Both the position numbers and the translations under genes were made by a program. The notes under the pieces were generated by a model, which had not been told where the DNA came from, did not search any database, and saw only the letters and a program-made list of their open reading frames with translations. A stretch of DNA of 62,132 nucleotides, filler included. It is 5 parts of 5 records of this genome, joined end to end, with 100 filler letters (N's around TTAATTAATTAA, not from the genome) between each part and the next. Parts side by side here need not be neighbours in the genome. Positions count along the whole stretch, not along the records: positions 56,053 to 62,132 come from DRR723986_4000; 4 more parts are not named here. One strand, 5' to 3'. Numbering within the stretch: position 1 is the first letter of the stretch; each line of letters opens with the position of its first letter. This document shows positions 58,947 through 62,132 of the stretch, one piece after another.

Positions 58947-59855
58947 TCAGGTCTTTCGTGTGTTTTGCCGTTCCCGCCATACGATCATCAGCCCGCCCGC
59001 GATGATCAGGATGGCCCCGGGAAACAGGTCTGAAAATGGGCTTTCCCCGAAGAACAGCCAGCCCAGGACGAAGGCTGTGGGGATACCCGCATAGGCGAAG
59101 GGTGCAAGGTTGCCGGGCTCGGTCATGCGATAGGCTATCACCATGCTCAGGACAGCCGAGCCGCCACAAAGCCCCATCAGCATGATCCAGCCCAGATCGG
59201 TCGGCGACACGGGAGTGGTGAAACCGCCAAGTATCATTGCCAACACAAAGGCCCCGATCGCCGACACCGACGAGGACCACAGGTTTATCAGCGGGCTTGG
59301 CACGTCTTCATCCATCATCCGCGATGACACGCCCGCGAAAGCGTAGAGCGAGGCAGCGGCAAGCGGCAGCAGCGCCTCCCATGTGAAACTGTCGCGCCCC
59401 GGTCCCATCACAAGCAAAACGCCCGCGAAGCCGACCAGCGCCGCGGACCAGCGGAAGAGGCCCACGCGTTCGCCCAACAGGGGCACGGAATAGACAAGGA
59501 TGAAAAGCGCGTTGGAATAGGAAATCGTGGCCGCCGTGGCGAAGGCCAGCCGCCCGAGCGCGAGGTAGAAACAGAATTGCGCGACGGTCACGGCAAGTCC
59601 TCGGAACATCGGGATCTGCCATTGTCTGAGGCGCAGCTTGCGGCCCCCCTGCCGCCAAGCTCGCGACGACCATAGAGCGATGCTGGCCGGGATCAGGCCA
59701 AACAGGTTTCGCCATGCCGACAACTCCGCCGCGCCATAGCTGGTCGAGAGGTGCTTGATGATCAGCCCCATCAGGTCAAACAGCAAAATCGCCAGCAGGC
59801 TCAGCATCACGCCGGGCAGCACCTTGTTGACGCGGGTTGGCGGGGGCGGGGTCAT
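58947..59855 (-). CDS. DMT/EamA family transporter
   Basis: LLGERVG..RW and LAPF.Y motifs; about 10 TMs. Confidence 0.88.
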   Translation of the reverse strand: MTPPPPTRVNKVLPGVMLSLLAILLFDLMGLIIKHLSTSYGAAELSAWRNLFGLIPASIALWSSRAWRQGGRKLRLRQWQIPMFRGLAVTVAQFCFYLALGRLAFATAATISYSNALFILVYSVPLLGERVGLFRWSAALVGFAGVLLVMGPGRDSFTWEALLPLAAASLYAFAGVSSRMMDEDVPSPLINLWSSSVSAIGAFVLAMILGGFTTPVSPTDLGWIMLMGLCGGSAVLSMVIAYRMTEPGNLAPFAYAGIPTAFVLGWLFFGESPFSDLFPGAILIIAGGLMIVWRERQNTRKT

Positions 59856-59874
59856 TCCCTGGAACCTTTGCAAA

Positions 59875-59901
59875 GAAAAACCCCCGCCTCGCGGCGGGGG
59901 T
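59875..59901 (-). terminator. Intrinsic terminator of the solute-binding protein gene
   Basis: Minus strand ACCCCCGCC-GCGA-GGCGGGGGT followed by a T-run. Confidence 0.8.
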
Positions 59902-59920
59902 CATTAACAGGGGGCTGGCC

Positions 59921-61390
59921 TTAATCGGTCCAGCGCACTCCGGTCAGGTCGATGGCCTGAGTGGGCGAGTTTTCCCACAGACCTTCGATATCTGCATTGG
60001 CGACACCGGTTTTTGCCAGCTGGAACAGGTAGCCGTTCACATAGTCTTCGGCAATGATCCGCTGTGCCTGTTGCAGCAGCGCAGACCGGCCCGCCGGATC
60101 GGTGGTGGTATTCAGATCCGCCATCACTGCGTTGAACGCATCAGACGAATACTGGAAGTAATAATCGTCGCGGCCGTAGATGCCGATATCCATCGGTTCC
60201 GTATGGCTGACGATGGTCAGGTCGAAATCATGGCCCCGGAATACCTGTTCCAGCCACTGCGCCCATTCGAGGTTGGAAATCTCCACATCCAGACCCACGT
60301 CGCGCAACTGAGCGGCCACAATCTCACCCCCGCGTCGCGCGTAGGATGGCGGCGGCAGCATCAGGCGCAGGGTGATCCCCTCGGCCCCGGCCTCGGCCAG
60401 CAATTCGCGGGCGCGGTCAGGGTTGTATTCAGACATGCCGGTCAGATCGACATAGTCGGGGTTATGCGGCGCGAAATGGGTGCCGATGGGGGTGCCATAG
60501 CCGAACATGGCGCCGTCGATAATATCCTGCCGGTTGATCGCGTGGGCAATGGCCTGGCGCACCCGTACATCTGACAGGTGATCGGCCATGTTGTTGGTGG
60601 ACAGGATCGTTTCGCCCTCGGTCGAGCCGACGATGACGTTAAAGCGCGGATCGGCGTCGAACTGCGCCAGTGTTTCAGGGCTGGGGAAGACCGGGAAAGC
60701 ATCCACATCGCCCGCCATCATCGCTGCAAAGGCCGCATTTGGGTCGCTGATGAAGCGGAAGGTTGCGGCCTCCAGCGCCACCGGATCGCCCCAGTAATCC
60801 TCGTTGCGGACCAGTTCCACCCGGTCGCCCTGCACCCATTCCGAGAAGCGGAAAGGCCCGGTGCCGACGGGGTTGGTGGCGTTCGTATCCGCGCTTTCGG
60901 GCGCGACCATGACGGCGTCCCCCCAGGCCATGTTGAAGAGGAAACTGCCGTTGGGATCCGAGAGCGTGACCACAAGCGTGGTGTCATCCGCCGCTTCGGC
61001 GCTGGCAATCCCGGCGAACAGGCCGCCTTGCGCGTTGGTGGATCCTTCCGCGCGGGCGCGATCAAGGCTGAACACCGCGTCTTCGGCGGTAAAGCTGGTG
61101 CCGTCATGGAACATGACGCCGTCCCGCAGGTGGAAGGTGTAGGTCAGCCCGTCTTCGGAAATCTCCCAGCTTTCGGCAAGGCCCGGAATGACCGAACCGT
61201 CCGAGGCAAATCGCGTCAGCCCCTCGAACACATTGGCATAGACCACTTCGTCAATCGCGGCGGCCGCACCTGAGGTGGGGTCGAGGTTTGGCGGTTCTAG
61301 CTGCATGCCGATGGTGATGTCGGTCGTGGTGGCAAAGGCTGCCGTGCTGCCCAGAACCAGCGCAAGCGCCGTGGATTGCAGGATACGCAT
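59921..61390 (-). CDS. ABC transporter substrate-binding protein, family 5 (peptide/nickel)
   Basis: Signal peptide, LAESWE.S.DG.TYTF.LR.GV.FHDG, GTGPF and VRQAI motifs. Confidence 0.93.
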   Translation of the reverse strand: MRILQSTALALVLGSTAAFATTTDITIGMQLEPPNLDPTSGAAAAIDEVVYANVFEGLTRFASDGSVIPGLAESWEISEDGLTYTFHLRDGVMFHDGTSFTAEDAVFSLDRARAEGSTNAQGGLFAGIASAEAADDTTLVVTLSDPNGSFLFNMAWGDAVMVAPESADTNATNPVGTGPFRFSEWVQGDRVELVRNEDYWGDPVALEAATFRFISDPNAAFAAMMAGDVDAFPVFPSPETLAQFDADPRFNVIVGSTEGETILSTNNMADHLSDVRVRQAIAHAINRQDIIDGAMFGYGTPIGTHFAPHNPDYVDLTGMSEYNPDRARELLAEAGAEGITLRLMLPPPSYARRGGEIVAAQLRDVGLDVEISNLEWAQWLEQVFRGHDFDLTIVSHTEPMDIGIYGRDDYYFQYSSDAFNAVMADLNTTTDPAGRSALLQQAQRIIAEDYVNGYLFQLAKTGVANADIEGLWENSPTQAIDLTGVRWTD

Positions 61391-61571
61391 GTGAATTCTC
61401 CCTGTCTTGGCCGGTCGCGTGCCGGTCCCGCGCTCCATGAAAGGGCCAAGCGCGCGCTTAATCAAGCGAGTCGACAAGTAATTTTATTGCGCAGCCCTCG
61501 CGTCGCCACTGGATTTCTGCATTGCAGCATAGTATGCCGCAGCACCGCATAGACGCTACATGGGAGGAGAC

Positions 61572-62132
61572 ATGAGCGCCACTGCACGGAAAACCGCCCC
61601 GATGCCCGCCGATATCCTGGCGCGCAAAGGCGGTGCGCCGCTGGTCTGTCTGACCGCCTATACCACCCCCGTCGCGCGCCTGACCGACCCCCATTGCGAT
61701 ATCGTGCTGGTGGGCGATTCCGTCGGCATGGTGCTGCATGGGATGGACAGCACGCTTGGCGTGACCATGGAGATGATGGTGATGCATGGCGCGGCTGTCC
61801 GGCGCGGTTTGACCCGCGCGATGATGGTCGTGGACATGCCGTTTGGCAGTTATGAGGAAAGCCCGGCCCAGGCCCTGCGCAACGCCGCGCGTATCATGCG
61901 CGATACCGGCGCAGCGGCGGTCAAGCTGGAAGGCGGGGTTGAGATGGAGGAGACGATTCGTTTCCTCACCCGCCGCTCTATTCCGGTGATGGCCCATATC
62001 GGCCTGACCCCGCAGGCGATCAACACGCTTGGCGGCTACAAGGTGCAAGGCCGGGGCGAAGATCGTGCCCGTGTGCTGGAAGATGCCCGCGCCGTGGCCC
62101 GCGCCGGGGCGTTTTCGGTGGTGCTGGAAAAG
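61572..62132 (+). CDS. panB: 3-methyl-2-oxobutanoate hydroxymethyltransferase (3' truncated)
   Basis: Manual translation gives [29 protein letters not shown] and HIGLTPQ; GGAGGAG RBS; absent from the ORF track. Confidence 0.96.
   Translation, partial: MSATARKTAPMPADILARKGGAPLVCLTAYTTPVARLTDPHCDIVLVGDSVGMVLHGMDSTLGVTMEMMVMHGAAVRRGLTRAMMVVDMPFGSYEESPAQALRNAARIMRDTGAAAVKLEGGVEMEETIRFLTRRSIPVMAHIGLTPQAINTLGGYKVQGRGEDRARVLEDARAVARAGAFSVVLEK

Overview
The window is not one locus. It is five unrelated contigs joined by four artificial 100-nt linkers (N44-TTAATTAATTAA-N44) at 24194-24293, 44114-44213, 49900-49999 and 55953-56052. (1) 1-24193 is gammaproteobacterial (probably Halieaceae/OM60-like, an inference) core chromosome: the dcw cluster (mraZ to partial ftsA), rnpB, rsmI, lpoA-yraN-SIS-BON, sspAB, petA plus a fused cytochrome b/c1 gene, and the end of rpsI. 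(2) 24294-44113 is alphaproteobacterial (Hyphomonas-like, an inference): rnd-lptCAB-rpoN, a nucleoside hydrolase/ribokinase/S1-P1 nuclease cluster, a desaturase, tandem vWA paralogs and partial asd. (3) 44214-49899 is Rhodobacteraceae-like: gcrA, transporters, argD and partial argF. (4) 50000-55952 is a conjugative/mobilisable element with a VirD2-like relaxase, mobC, a T-DNA-border-like candidate nick site and a putative leading region. (5) 56053-62132 is Rhodobacteraceae-like: a phosphatase/phytase-like protein, an oxidoreductase, a DMT transporter, a peptide-binding protein and partial panB. The most interesting signals missing from the ORF track are a 14-codon Arg-rich leader peptide before argD-argF, a Thr/Ile/Lys-rich leader peptide with a full attenuator fold before asd, three long ssDNA-promoter-like fold-backs in the leading region, and a dispersed 45-bp element made of 11-bp tandem units. 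All calls come from motif recognition only; no database search was run.
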